Source: an uncultured Candidatus Saccharibacteria bacterium (GTDB lineage: Bacteria > Patescibacteriota > Minisyncoccia > Phycocordibacterales > UBA918). Taken from it: 64,000 nt of DNA. The notes beneath the pieces are model-generated. The model made no database searches. It was given only the letters and a program-made list of their open reading frames with translations, and was not told the DNA's origin. The stretch covers positions 86,454 through 150,453 of the forward strand of contig CAYNQD010000001.1 of assembly GCA_964399295.1 (NCBI GenBank), read 5' to 3'. The position numbers and the translations under genes were made by a program. Below are positions 19,644 to 28,895 of this stretch, one piece after another; position 1 is the stretch's first letter, and each line of letters opens with the position of its first letter.

Positions 19644-20531
19644 CTATGCCACAAAACCACCAACTCTATACAAAGCACTCTCATTAGCTTTCATGTAAGC
19701 GATTTGCAAATTGTTGTTTTTAGCAAAATCGCTGATGGCCTCCGTGTTTAAAAGCAGGGCGGTGGTGGCAGAAGCGTCGGCGTCGCAGGCGTTGTCGCTC
19801 TTGGTAAATACTCCGTCGATTTCTAGTTCGGCATCCTTATCTTTGCCGACTATGTGGTGGTATTTTTTGTTGTTGACCACCCAGCGTCTTTTGTGCGGGC
19901 TGGAGGCGGCAAAACCTTGATTTAAAATAGTGGTCGTACCTATGTACTCGTTGGCCTGTATGGGATGTTCAAGATAAATGGTTATCGACTCTCCATTGTC
20001 ACTGGTGGCGTACATGTCACCGCCGCCATTTATTAGGAAGTAATTTAGATCATAAGTATTTTGCAGTTCTTGCGCCAATAAATCAATCAAGTAACCTTTG
20101 CCAAAACCACCAAGATCAATCTTGCCGGATTTCAAAGTGATTGCTTCACTGGAGATATCTAAATCCGTCAGTGGGTCGGGGTCGGTGAAAATTATTTCTT
20201 TGGGTTTGAAGGAGTAGTCTTTGCCGTAGCCTCGACTTTCTAAGATTTCACCAATCAGCAAATTAAACAAACCTCCGGTTTTTGAATAGAGAGCTTGCCC
20301 GCGTTTTAAAATATCCACGGTCATGGCGTCGGGATTATTTAATTTGCCGGTGTTGTTGATCTGGCTGATGAGGGAAGTGGTTTTAAAGCGTGAGTAGCGG
20401 TTTTCAAAGTCGTAGATAATAGAACGCAGGCCGTCTACGACGGCCTGCGTTCTTGCTTCTGAAATTTCCGCAAAAACTTCAATCCACCAGACGGTGCCAA
20501 GGGCGTTGATGGCGGGAAGAAGAGTGGACAT
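19644..20531 (-). CDS. apbE: FAD:protein FMN transferase (ApbE family)
   Basis: 295 aa. GGFGKGYLIDL resembles ApbE GGIAKGYAVD. Metal/FAD-binding C-terminal acidic residues. Confidence 0.7.
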   Translation of the reverse strand: MSTLLPAINALGTVWWIEVFAEISEARTQAVVDGLRSIIYDFENRYSRFKTTSLISQINNTGKLNNPDAMTVDILKRGQALYSKTGGLFNLLIGEILESRGYGKDYSFKPKEIIFTDPDPLTDLDISSEAITLKSGKIDLGGFGKGYLIDLLAQELQNTYDLNYFLINGGGDMYATSDNGESITIYLEHPIQANEYIGTTTILNQGFAASSPHKRRWVVNNKKYHHIVGKDKDAELEIDGVFTKSDNACDADASATTALLLNTEAISDFAKNNNLQIAYMKANESALYRVGGFVA

Positions 20532-21038
20532 TTAGGAATTGACTTCGGAAATAATTTTAGCCACGGCTTCATTAAAGGCTCCGGAAGTGAGTGAAGCTCC
20601 GCCGACGCGAGACAGAGAAATATCTTCCAATTTCTTGCCGACGACTTCGGTCTTATAAACGCCGTTAAAGCGTTCTTGGTTTGGGTTGGAAAAACCATTT
20701 TCCTTCTTGTCGTAAAGGACGGAAACAGCTGTCACGGTATTGCTTGCGTCTATGGTCAAAGTGACGTCGATGTTGTGGTTGGTTCTGGCGGGAGTGATGT
20801 AGCCAGCGTCACTGGAGTAGCTTCTCTCTGAACTGGTGGCTATTTCGGTGGCGGCGACATCATCTTCTGAAATTTCCGCTTCTTGAACAATCGGCTCGTT
20901 ATTTTGGGTTTCATCATCGCGGTTTGTCTCTAGGGTGTCGGTGGTTAGAACTTCGTTTTCAGGAGTGTTTTTCGTTACCAGAAAAAAAGTTCCCAGCAAA
21001 ATGATTCCTACGCCTAAAATGATTGCAATTAACGGCAT
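20532..21038 (-). CDS. Membrane-anchored FMN-binding domain protein (likely ApbE flavinylation substrate)
   Basis: N-terminal TM helix. C-terminal VGGASLTSGAFNEAV resembles the FMN_bind D-x-x-SGAT-(x)-T flavinylation motif. Start abuts the apbE stop. Confidence 0.55.
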   Translation of the reverse strand: MPLIAIILGVGIILLGTFFLVTKNTPENEVLTTDTLETNRDDETQNNEPIVQEAEISEDDVAATEIATSSERSYSSDAGYITPARTNHNIDVTLTIDASNTVTAVSVLYDKKENGFSNPNQERFNGVYKTEVVGKKLEDISLSRVGGASLTSGAFNEAVAKIISEVNS

Positions 21039-21130
21039 GATGTTTTATATAAGATACTTTATGATTTTTAACTTGACAATCTTACCAAAAAATCAATTAT
21101 GATACAATGTTGGAACTCTAAAAGTTTTTT

Positions 21131-22687
21131 ATGCCTACAATTTTAAACAAAATATTTCAACCAATCAGAAAACGCCTCGACGACACGGCCATGTATCGGA
21201 CAGTAACTCTGGCTTTGCTAAGCTTGGTATTTTGTTCCTTGGTATTGGGTTTTGTTGGTACTTTTCCATACTCTGGCCTGGAGCAACTCATCTCTCTTTT
21301 TACGGCTTTAGCGGTGGCTCTTAGCGCCAATGTTCTTTTGAGCAAATTGTTAAAAGTTCATGTCAATAATGAGTCCGCTATTATCACCGCTTTAATTTTG
21401 TTCTTTTTGGTTATTCCTCCGCAAATATCTAATCTGTCTGATTTGTGGCAAATTTCGGTAGTGGTTTTGTTGGCCATTTTATCAAAATTTTTGTTGGTGT
21501 GGAATAAACAACACCTATTCAATCCGGCGGCTTTTGGAGTTTTCGCTCTGGCTTTAATTTATGAGTTGTTTCCCATAAATGGTTATTTTGAAACTGTATG
21601 GTGGATTGGAAAACCGGAGTTGTTTATTCCACTTTTAATAGCGGGTTCACTTTTAGTTTTTAAAATTAGGCGCTGGACACCGGTCTTGGTTTTTATCGGA
21701 GTGGCATTTGTGATGTTTTTGTTTGAGGAGTGGCGTTTTGGATCTGATGTGCTGGCTCAAGCGCCAAATTTCTGGCTATCCGGTCCGAGTTTGTTTTTGG
21801 CTTTCTTTATGTTGACTGAGCCATTCACCATGCCGCCAACAAAACGCTTGCAAGCCGGATACGGAGCGGTTTTGGGATTTTTGGCACAAACCACCATGTT
21901 TTTGCCGGTATTGAAAATGACACCGGAATTAGCTTTAATTATCAGTAATTTATTATTTTATCCAACAACCTTAAAGCGTAAACTGATTTTGCCGTTGGTA
22001 GAAAAACGAGAATTAGCAACCAACACTTATGAATTTGCTTTTGCCAAACCAAAGGGATTAACTTTCAAAGCCGGACAATATTTAGAGTGGATGTTGCCTC
22101 ACTCTGGTGCGGACAATCGCGGTATACGTCGCTATTTTACCATCGCGTCCGCTCCCAACGATGATTTGTTGAGAATCGGTGTACGTTTTGCGGATACGGT
22201 TAGCAGTTTTAAAACTAAGTTGAAATCTTTGGAAGTCGGCGATAAGATTATTGCCAGTCAGTTGGCGGGGGATTTTGTCTTGCCAAAAAATCCAAATATT
22301 AAATTAGCTTTTATTGCCGGCGGGATTGGTATTACGCCATTTGTGAGCCATTTGGGATACATGGCGGCCGCTGGCGGAAAATTCAATACGATTCTCTTCA
22401 ACTGCAACAACACCTCTATCGAAATTGCTTATAAGGATAATTTGCGTGAAGCGTCGGAAAAAATAGCTTGTAACGTAGTGAACATTTTGGCGAAAGAAAA
22501 TCTGCCTGGATATGAAAGTGGTTTTTTGACAGCCGATATGGTGAAGAAATATAGCCCAGATTATCTGGAGCGACATTGGTATATTTCCGGCCCGCCGCCG
22601 ATGGTCAGTGCTTATAGTCAGCTACTCACAGGTATGGGTGTGCCTAGCAAGCAAATTGTAACTGATTTCTTTCCAGGTTTGGCTTAA
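21131..22687 (+). CDS. Polytopic membrane domain fused to FNR/NOX-type FAD- and NAD(P)-binding reductase domain
   Basis: About 290 aa with at least 8 hydrophobic helices (includes HLFNPAAFG). C-terminal about 230 aa carries RRYFTIASAPNDD (RxY[ST] FAD motif, NOX-like HPFTxxSAP) and GGIGITPF (NAD(P) glycine motif). Confidence 0.55.
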   Translation: MPTILNKIFQPIRKRLDDTAMYRTVTLALLSLVFCSLVLGFVGTFPYSGLEQLISLFTALAVALSANVLLSKLLKVHVNNESAIITALILFFLVIPPQISNLSDLWQISVVVLLAILSKFLLVWNKQHLFNPAAFGVFALALIYELFPINGYFETVWWIGKPELFIPLLIAGSLLVFKIRRWTPVLVFIGVAFVMFLFEEWRFGSDVLAQAPNFWLSGPSLFLAFFMLTEPFTMPPTKRLQAGYGAVLGFLAQTTMFLPVLKMTPELALIISNLLFYPTTLKRKLILPLVEKRELATNTYEFAFAKPKGLTFKAGQYLEWMLPHSGADNRGIRRYFTIASAPNDDLLRIGVRFADTVSSFKTKLKSLEVGDKIIASQLAGDFVLPKNPNIKLAFIAGGIGITPFVSHLGYMAAAGGKFNTILFNCNNTSIEIAYKDNLREASEKIACNVVNILAKENLPGYESGFLTADMVKKYSPDYLERHWYISGPPPMVSAYSQLLTGMGVPSKQIVTDFFPGLA

Positions 22688-22692
22688 GCTCA

Positions 22693-23355
22693 TTACCAAT
22701 CAATTTTTTTCAGTCCGTGTTTTTCTAAATAGGCGTTGGTTTGGCTGAATGGCTTTGAACCAAAGAAACCAGTATGTGCTGAGAAAGGGGAAGGGTGAGG
22801 GGCCTTTAATATTAAATGTTTGTTTTGGTCAATTAAGACGGCTTTGGCCTGAGCAAATTTTCCCCAAAGGATAAAAACGACACGTTCTTTTTTATCGGAA
22901 ATGGTTTTGATTATGGTGTCGGTGAAGGTTTCCCAGCCAATACCTTGGTGCGAGCCAGCTTCGCTGGCGCGCACCGTGAGCGTGGCGTTTAGCAACAACA
23001 CCCCCTGCTTGGCCCATATTTCCAGATTGCCCGAAGCGGGAATAGGCTGGCTCAAATCTTCATTTAGTTCTTTATAAATATTTTGCAGTGATGGCGGCAC
23101 TCTAACTCCATCCGGCACGGAAAAAGACAGACCGTGCGCTTGCCCGGGGCCGTGGTAAGGGTCTTGTCCTAAAATCACCACTTTCACCTCCGCAAACGGA
23201 CAAAAAGCAAAAGCGTTAAAAATATTTTTTGGGTGCGGATAAATTATTTCACGGAGGTAAGATTGCTTGACTGCTTCTGTTAGGTTTTTAAAATAAGGCT
23301 TTTCAAATTCTTCAGTCAGTGCCTCTTGCCAGCTTTTTTCAATTTTTACGCTCAT
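22693..23355 (-). CDS. ung: Uracil-DNA glycosylase (family 1)
   Basis: ILGQDPYHGPGQAHGLSFSV (water-activating loop) and APHPSPFSAH (HPSPLS) motifs. Confidence 0.85.
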   Translation of the reverse strand: MSVKIEKSWQEALTEEFEKPYFKNLTEAVKQSYLREIIYPHPKNIFNAFAFCPFAEVKVVILGQDPYHGPGQAHGLSFSVPDGVRVPPSLQNIYKELNEDLSQPIPASGNLEIWAKQGVLLLNATLTVRASEAGSHQGIGWETFTDTIIKTISDKKERVVFILWGKFAQAKAVLIDQNKHLILKAPHPSPFSAHTGFFGSKPFSQTNAYLEKHGLKKIDW

Positions 23356-23364
23356 AGATTATTT

Positions 23365-24234
23365 TTATTTCTGGCAACTGGGACAAAAATGAGTACCTCG
23401 GCCCGCGGTGCGAATTTTTTGAATCAGAGTTTTACATTTTGGGCAGGGAGTATTTTGTTTACCAAAGACTTTTAAGAAATCAGTGTAATTGCCGGTCTCG
23501 CCGCCGGTGTCCACGAAATGTTGAAAAGTAGTACCGCCAAAGGTCAATGATTTTTTCATTACTTTACCACCAGCCTTTATAATGTCCGACACTTCTTTCT
23601 TGGTAACGAGATTTGACGGCCGGTTTGGGTGAATCTTGGCCAAAAATAAGGCTTCATCGACGTAGATGTTACCAAGACCAGCCACCAATGATTGGTTTAG
23701 CAAAGTCGCTTTGATGGGGGATTTGCGTTTTTGCAGTTTGTTGAAAAAAGTTTCGTAGTCAAAATTATCAGCGATTGGCTCTGGGCCAAATCTGGCTTTG
23801 GCTTTTTCCACCTCTTCCTTAGTGGCGGTTTTTATGTAGCCAAATAAGCGCATGTCATTGAAAAATAAAGACGAACCATCGGTGAAATGAAAAGCTACTC
23901 GGGTGTGGCGATTGGGCAAATCTTCACCATCGCTTTTGGAGGTGGAGTGACCACCGCCGATTATTTCCTGTTTGTTGACATAGAAAAACTGTCCGGTCAT
24001 TTTCAGATGCGCCAACAGAAATAGATTATCTTCATTTGAAAATTTAAATATCAATAATTTTCCGATGCGGTCGATTCCGGAAAAAGATTTACCGGTAACT
24101 TTTTTTGAGAAGTCTGAACGCAAACCTATCGTCTTCGGATTAAAGATTTTTACGCTGGCAATTTTTTTATTTAAAATTTTGTGAAGCAATTGCAGTCTAA
24201 CTGTTTCCACTTCCGGTAATTCAGGCATGGACAT
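23365..24234 (-). CDS. mutM: Formamidopyrimidine-DNA glycosylase
   Basis: N-terminal MPELPEVE (catalytic Pro2/Glu3). C-terminal CPKC...CPSC zinc finger. 289 aa. Confidence 0.85.
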   Translation of the reverse strand: MSMPELPEVETVRLQLLHKILNKKIASVKIFNPKTIGLRSDFSKKVTGKSFSGIDRIGKLLIFKFSNEDNLFLLAHLKMTGQFFYVNKQEIIGGGHSTSKSDGEDLPNRHTRVAFHFTDGSSLFFNDMRLFGYIKTATKEEVEKAKARFGPEPIADNFDYETFFNKLQKRKSPIKATLLNQSLVAGLGNIYVDEALFLAKIHPNRPSNLVTKKEVSDIIKAGGKVMKKSLTFGGTTFQHFVDTGGETGNYTDFLKVFGKQNTPCPKCKTLIQKIRTAGRGTHFCPSCQK

Positions 24235-24340
24235 ATTGTAGAGATGAATATAATTTATTGCAACTTTTTCTTTTTAGTGTTTATAGAGAGAACAATATAA
24301 ATCTGAGTGATGCTATAATTATTTCCGATAAACAAAATTT

Positions 24341-25984
24341 ATGGATACATCAGTGTTTGTTCTTGTGGTAGCCTTTGCTCTCTTTCTTTTGATGGGGGTG
24401 TTGCTGTGGGGTCGAACTCCTTTATTACCAGGTAAATTTACCCACGGCAAAAATAATTTGGAATTTACGGATAATCAAGAGCAATTAGAAAACTACAGCA
24501 CTGATGCCAGCTGGTTTAAAATGAAACCGGAGAAAGTCTATTTTCCAAGGTCGGTTGCGGACATTCAGTCTATTGTAGCAGAGCAGCAGAAAAATAAGCT
24601 GGCTGGACAGCCGGTGTCATTGACAGTCAGAGCCGGCGGAACCTGCATGAGCGGCGGTTCGCTTACGGAAGGAGCTATTGTAGACATGACTCGTCATCTG
24701 AACAAAGTACAAATTGATGCCAAAAATATGACAGCGACAGTGGAGGCGGGAGCTTATTTTCGTGATATAGAAGATAAGGCTGCAAAATTTGGTTTGATGT
24801 TTCCCGCTTATCCGTCGTCGCATCGGATTTGTGGAATTGGAGGCATGATTGGCAACAACGCTTCCGGCGAAAAAAGTCTGCGCGGCGGTGCTACGGGCGA
24901 TAATATCCTTGAGCTTGAAGTGGTGTTGGCTGATGGTTCGGTTTTAAACCTCAAGCCCAAATCTTTGGTGGAAAATAATTTCACCGACATTGAAAAAGCG
25001 GTTTTGGCTTTGTATGACCAGTACAACGCAAAACTAAAAGAGGCGGTTGGTAATGTAAAGAAAGCCGCGTCTGGCTATCGTCTTGATAAAGTGGTGGAGA
25101 ATGGAACCTTCAGCACTATACCGCTTTTTGTGGGCGCTCAAGGTACGCTGGGTATTGTTACCAAGGCTGTCCTAAAATTATCACCAATTCCCAAACACAC
25201 AGAGCTGGTGGTGATATCAGCCGATAATCTTCTTGATTTACCGGAAATTCTACGCGTTGCTTTTGAACACAACCCTGAGAGCTTGGAAACTTTTGACATA
25301 AACACGTTTAAACAAGCTAAAAAGCACTTAAAGGGACACGCCAAGCATTTGTTACCATATATAAATGAGGAAGCAGAGTTGTTTATTTTGGCTCAGTTTA
25401 GTGAAGATACCAAAGAGGCAACCAAAAAACAAACGGCCGCTTTTTCCGATAAATTAAAAGAAAAAAGATTTTTTATCTCTCATATCACTCGGGCTTTAGA
25501 CGTATTTTCGGCTTGGCAGGTGCGGCGAAATTCATTTTTACTAATGCGAGATCACAACCCGCGTGGCTTTAGAGCGGTGCCGTGTATTGAAGACGTGATA
25601 GTTCCCGTTGAAGCTATTGGTCAATTTATCGAATCGTTACAAAAAATACTAAATAAACACACTGTTTATTATGGTTTTCATGGGCATATCGGTGACGGTT
25701 CTTTGCGTATAATTCCGGTGTTTGATTTTGGAAAAGCTGATGCCATGGATAATGTTTTTGCTCTGATGCAAGATACTTTTGCGCTGGTGAAAAAACTAAA
25801 AGGTAACATCAGTGCCGACCACAGCGACGGCATAATCCGCACCCCGTTTTTGCGTAAATTTTATGGGGAAGATACTTACGAGGTCTTTGAGAAGATAAAG
25901 AATATCTATGATCCGGAAAATATAATGAACACAAACAAAAAAGTCAGCGGAACGCTAGACTTAGTTCGCAAATACATGCAATGA
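24341..25984 (+). CDS. FAD-linked oxidase (GlcD/D-lactate dehydrogenase-like) with N-terminal TM helix
   Basis: 547 aa. PCMH-type FAD-binding region (VRAGGTCMSGGS...). N-terminal hydrophobic helix. Confidence 0.65.
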   Translation: MDTSVFVLVVAFALFLLMGVLLWGRTPLLPGKFTHGKNNLEFTDNQEQLENYSTDASWFKMKPEKVYFPRSVADIQSIVAEQQKNKLAGQPVSLTVRAGGTCMSGGSLTEGAIVDMTRHLNKVQIDAKNMTATVEAGAYFRDIEDKAAKFGLMFPAYPSSHRICGIGGMIGNNASGEKSLRGGATGDNILELEVVLADGSVLNLKPKSLVENNFTDIEKAVLALYDQYNAKLKEAVGNVKKAASGYRLDKVVENGTFSTIPLFVGAQGTLGIVTKAVLKLSPIPKHTELVVISADNLLDLPEILRVAFEHNPESLETFDINTFKQAKKHLKGHAKHLLPYINEEAELFILAQFSEDTKEATKKQTAAFSDKLKEKRFFISHITRALDVFSAWQVRRNSFLLMRDHNPRGFRAVPCIEDVIVPVEAIGQFIESLQKILNKHTVYYGFHGHIGDGSLRIIPVFDFGKADAMDNVFALMQDTFALVKKLKGNISADHSDGIIRTPFLRKFYGEDTYEVFEKIKNIYDPENIMNTNKKVSGTLDLVRKYMQ

Positions 25985-25997
25985 TTTCAGCTTTGTT

Positions 25998-26069
25998 CCA
26001 CAGCAACTCACTATTTGCGCAAGGCGGTTTATTGGGGCGGTGGGCGGAGTAAATAGTGAGTTGCTGTGG
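25998..26069. terminator. Bidirectional terminator-like hairpin carrying the GC-rich repeat motif in its 34-nt loop
   Basis: Perfect 19-bp inverted repeat ccacagcaactcactattt (25998-26016) / aaatagtgagttgctgtgg (26051-26069), followed by ggggtggggttttt. Lies between convergent genes ending at 25984 and 26080. Confidence 0.5.
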
Positions 26070-26079
26070 GGTGGGGTTT

Positions 26080-27090
26080 TTAATTAGTATTGGGGACTTG
26101 TTTATTCCTGGCTGTTACTGAAGATCGGTATGACAAGATTACAAAACAAAGACCGATTGAGCCTATTACCACCTCGGGAACGTGGAAGATGAGGTTGGCC
26201 AACATAGTGCCAGCCAAGCCAAGTATGGCCCAGTGCGCGCCGTGCTCCAGATAGACCAGTTCAGTCAGAGTGTCTTGTCGCACAAAATAAAGGGTAATCG
26301 CACGAACAAAGTAAGCTCCAATACCAAGACCAACCATAATAATAATCAGATTATTGGTAAGGGCAAAAGCACCGATTACTCCGTCAAGTGAGAAAGCTGA
26401 GTCAAGAATATTTAGGTAAATAAACAAGGTGGCGCCACCAACCGCTATATCCTTACCCTCAACCGAGAGCGAGCCGGCGACTCCTTCCATAATAATAAAC
26501 AAAATCAAGCCAATAAGCCCAGACACCAGCACGGTGGCCTGATCGTAATTGGTTACAAAAGAAAGAGTGGTAAGCAAGGTAAGAGCAACAGCAATTTCCA
26601 CTGCTTCAATGTGTCCCCATCGCACCAAATGTTTTTCTACAGCTCTAAACCAATGAACAGACTTGGCCTTATCAAAGAAAAATTTTAACGATACCATCAG
26701 AAGAAACACGCCACCAAAAGCGGTGATGGAGGCGTGGACGCTATCCAAGAGAAGGCTGTATTCTTCGGGGTTAGTGAATACTAGTTTTGTGATGTAGGCA
26801 GGTGAAGCCATCACGGCGATGCTAACAATAAGAATTGGCAGCAAGAATCTGGTGCCAAACACGGCGAACAAAATTCCCCAAGTTAAAAAGCGTTTTTGCC
26901 AGACTGTGTCCATGCGCTTAAGAATACGGGCATTTACCACCGCGTTGTCAAAAGATAAAGTAACCTCAAGAACTGAAAGTATGACCACTAGCACAAAAGC
27001 AGAAAATCCCATTCCATACCAGATACCAACAAAAATCAATAGACTGGCAACTGTCGGCCAGAAGAAAAAGTTTTTATGTATTTGCCTCAT
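26080..27090 (-). CDS. Integral membrane protein, TerC/DUF475 family
   Basis: LSFDNAVVNA and LDSAFSLDGVIGAFALT signatures with multiple TM helices. Likely start MRQIHKNF at 27090. The track ORF extends to 27330, but the extension translates the GC-rich repeat (PPTHTLFAAGGYWGGG) and is probably non-coding. Confidence 0.6.
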   Translation of the reverse strand: MRQIHKNFFFWPTVASLLIFVGIWYGMGFSAFVLVVILSVLEVTLSFDNAVVNARILKRMDTVWQKRFLTWGILFAVFGTRFLLPILIVSIAVMASPAYITKLVFTNPEEYSLLLDSVHASITAFGGVFLLMVSLKFFFDKAKSVHWFRAVEKHLVRWGHIEAVEIAVALTLLTTLSFVTNYDQATVLVSGLIGLILFIIMEGVAGSLSVEGKDIAVGGATLFIYLNILDSAFSLDGVIGAFALTNNLIIIMVGLGIGAYFVRAITLYFVRQDTLTELVYLEHGAHWAILGLAGTMLANLIFHVPEVVIGSIGLCFVILSYRSSVTARNKQVPNTN

Positions 27091-27423
27091 TTCCGAGACA
27101 TCATAGCGTAACCGCTTAACTACAGCAAGATGAGGATATCTAAAAACTAACCCACCGCCCCAATAACCGCCCGCCGCAAACAGGGTGTGTGTGGGGGGGT
27201 TGATCAAGGTGGAAAGGACTGTGTGAAAGCTCAAGTTTTGGCGCTGGCCTATAGTTTCAAAGGAACCGGAGTTTATCTTAAAGTCAACTCCGCTTGTGCT
27301 AGCACGACTTGGCTCGACATGGTATCCCAAATTGTAACCTATTGGAAGGAGAATCCGCTCGGAGCGTACCTGCCGAATTTGAGGGATGGGTTGTATCCGG
27401 TGACTAAGCCTACGGCGAAGGAA

Positions 27424-27924
27424 TTAGCTCGGATTTAGAGCGGTCTTAACCTTATCGGCTAACTCTTGAGAATTAAATGCTCCGTGGTTCTGTATTCTCA
27501 AAAGAGGCATGCCTGCACCCTTAAGAATACGCTCAACTTCCTGGTCCCGATCTTGTCTGTCGGGACGGTCGTGCGATTTGTCATCAAGCTCAATAGCCAA
27601 CTTCGGAGAAATGTAAGCCTTATCGCAAAGAACAAAATCTACAGACTTCTGGCTTACATGCCTGAAAGCGGCTCTCCAGTTTTGACCTACCACTTTGTGC
27701 TCGAGGAGTGTTGGCAGATGCACTTGAGCAAAGATTATGTAATCTTGACCGACAGCTTGAGCTAAAGCGTCATAGAACTCATGCTCTGCTTTAGTAAGAA
27801 ACCAGTTGCGGCGTTTATAGTCATACTTCGGCTTTTCATCTTGGATGTCGAACCCTCCCTTTAAAAGTCCTGCGACTATACCGGCAACGATAATTATTCC
27901 GATAAGTATGTAAATTAATGTCAT
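27424..27924 (-). CDS. Membrane-anchored DUF2726-like (restriction-endonuclease-fold) protein
   Basis: N-terminal TM helix (LIYILIGIIIVAGIVAGLL). The remainder resembles the DUF2726/NERD-like nuclease-related fold (FVLCDKAYISPKLAIELDDKSH). Confidence 0.35.
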   Translation of the reverse strand: MTLIYILIGIIIVAGIVAGLLKGGFDIQDEKPKYDYKRRNWFLTKAEHEFYDALAQAVGQDYIIFAQVHLPTLLEHKVVGQNWRAAFRHVSQKSVDFVLCDKAYISPKLAIELDDKSHDRPDRQDRDQEVERILKGAGMPLLRIQNHGAFNSQELADKVKTALNPS

Positions 27925-27975
27925 GGTGTTTATATTTTAACAAAATATGAATTTATTTACATTGACTCCCGTTGA

Positions 27976-28485
27976 TTACTTCTTTGGCCTGTCTCCCTTC
28001 AACAATCTCTCAAACGCCTCAAGGTTACCCATGGCATCATGAACTGGATGATGATCGTGCTTTGTTATGCGCAATCTTTTCCAAGATGATGCATCCTTGA
28101 AGTCTCCGATTAAGCCAGCATAAAAGTCGCCGATTCTGCGAGCGGAATATCCGAATGGATTCTTGCCAAGCGTTCGATGAAAGCTGTCATTGATCCATTG
28201 CCAGTCAAAAGCCGGATTATCACTGACAAATTTAGGTCTTTCTTCACCACATATCTCTTTCAACCACGCATCAAAATTTTCAAATACCTCTTTTTCATCA
28301 AAGACTATACCCGTCGCTATTTTGAACTCAGGATTTTCGGGGTCCGGCTTTCTTTCAACCAACACTCCATGAAAAGTAGCTTTTGATGGATATGCGACCG
28401 CACCAAATTCAGTGAGCTGTCCCATGCTCGGACACTTCCCGTTTGCCTCACAGTCTACAAATATTAAATTCTTTAAATCTTCCAT
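27976..28485 (-). CDS. DEDDh-family 3'-5' exonuclease (DnaQ/RNase T-like)
   Basis: FVDCEANG (Exo I D-x-E) and HDHHPVHDAMGN (Exo III H-x4-D). 169 aa. Confidence 0.6.
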   Translation of the reverse strand: MEDLKNLIFVDCEANGKCPSMGQLTEFGAVAYPSKATFHGVLVERKPDPENPEFKIATGIVFDEKEVFENFDAWLKEICGEERPKFVSDNPAFDWQWINDSFHRTLGKNPFGYSARRIGDFYAGLIGDFKDASSWKRLRITKHDHHPVHDAMGNLEAFERLLKGDRPKK

Positions 28486-28568
28486 ACAGACATTTTAACT
28501 CTTGTGGAAAATTACGCATAATCTGAACTACTAGACTTCCACAAACCTTCTCGGTATGTTCGTGTGCT

Positions 28569-28886
28569 GTGGAAGAAGACATGGATGAGGTCCGCAAAGC
28601 CGCAGAACAAGTGAGGTTTCCGTTCAACCGATACGAGATACTGAATCGGCTTTCCTCTCTTCCGGAACCAAAGGCAAAAATGAAGAAAGCTCTCAAAGAT
28701 AGGATGAGGCACTTAGCGGCCGCTTATGTCTCACTGGCCACTTTTGTTGACGATGAAGACATAGAATTTTCATTTAAATACAAGAAAAGCCGGAAAACAC
28801 GAGCAATTTACCTTAAGGTGATCAAGAATATTAAAAAGGCGCAAAAAGAAATGTGGCAATTCAAGCCCCTAGAGCATATTCAATAA
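28569..28886 (+). CDS. Hypothetical small basic protein
   Basis: 105-aa ORF, no recognisable motif. Directly upstream of the MTase gene. Confidence 0.3.
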   Translation: MEEDMDEVRKAAEQVRFPFNRYEILNRLSSLPEPKAKMKKALKDRMRHLAAAYVSLATFVDDEDIEFSFKYKKSRKTRAIYLKVIKNIKKAQKEMWQFKPLEHIQ

Positions 28887-28895
28887 TTTTCTGTT

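Noticed and set aside
21131-22000. Ferric-reductase (heme b) identity for the N-terminal membrane domain of the FNR fusion
   Set aside because: Only two to three His in the membrane region and no paired His 13-14 residues apart on two helices. Domain left unassigned (RnfD/NqrB-like at best).
8312-27199. CRISPR array interpretation of the repeated GC-rich motif
   Set aside because: The three copies are 18-19 kb apart, in different orientations, and not separated by regular spacers. No cas genes in window.
27091-27330. Upstream 80-codon extension of the DUF475 ORF
   Set aside because: Translation of the GC-rich intergenic repeat (PPTHTLFAAGGYWGGG) is low complexity. A good internal Met (27090) immediately precedes the first TM helix.
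27100-27440. Possibility that this GC-rich intergenic region is RNase P RNA, tmRNA or SRP RNA
   Set aside because: Could not find the P4 consensus strands (AGGAAAGUCCGGGCUCC / ACAGAACCCGGCUUA), a tmRNA tag-reading frame with tRNA-like ends, or the SRP GGAA tetraloop domain on either strand. Left as unknown leader/repeat.
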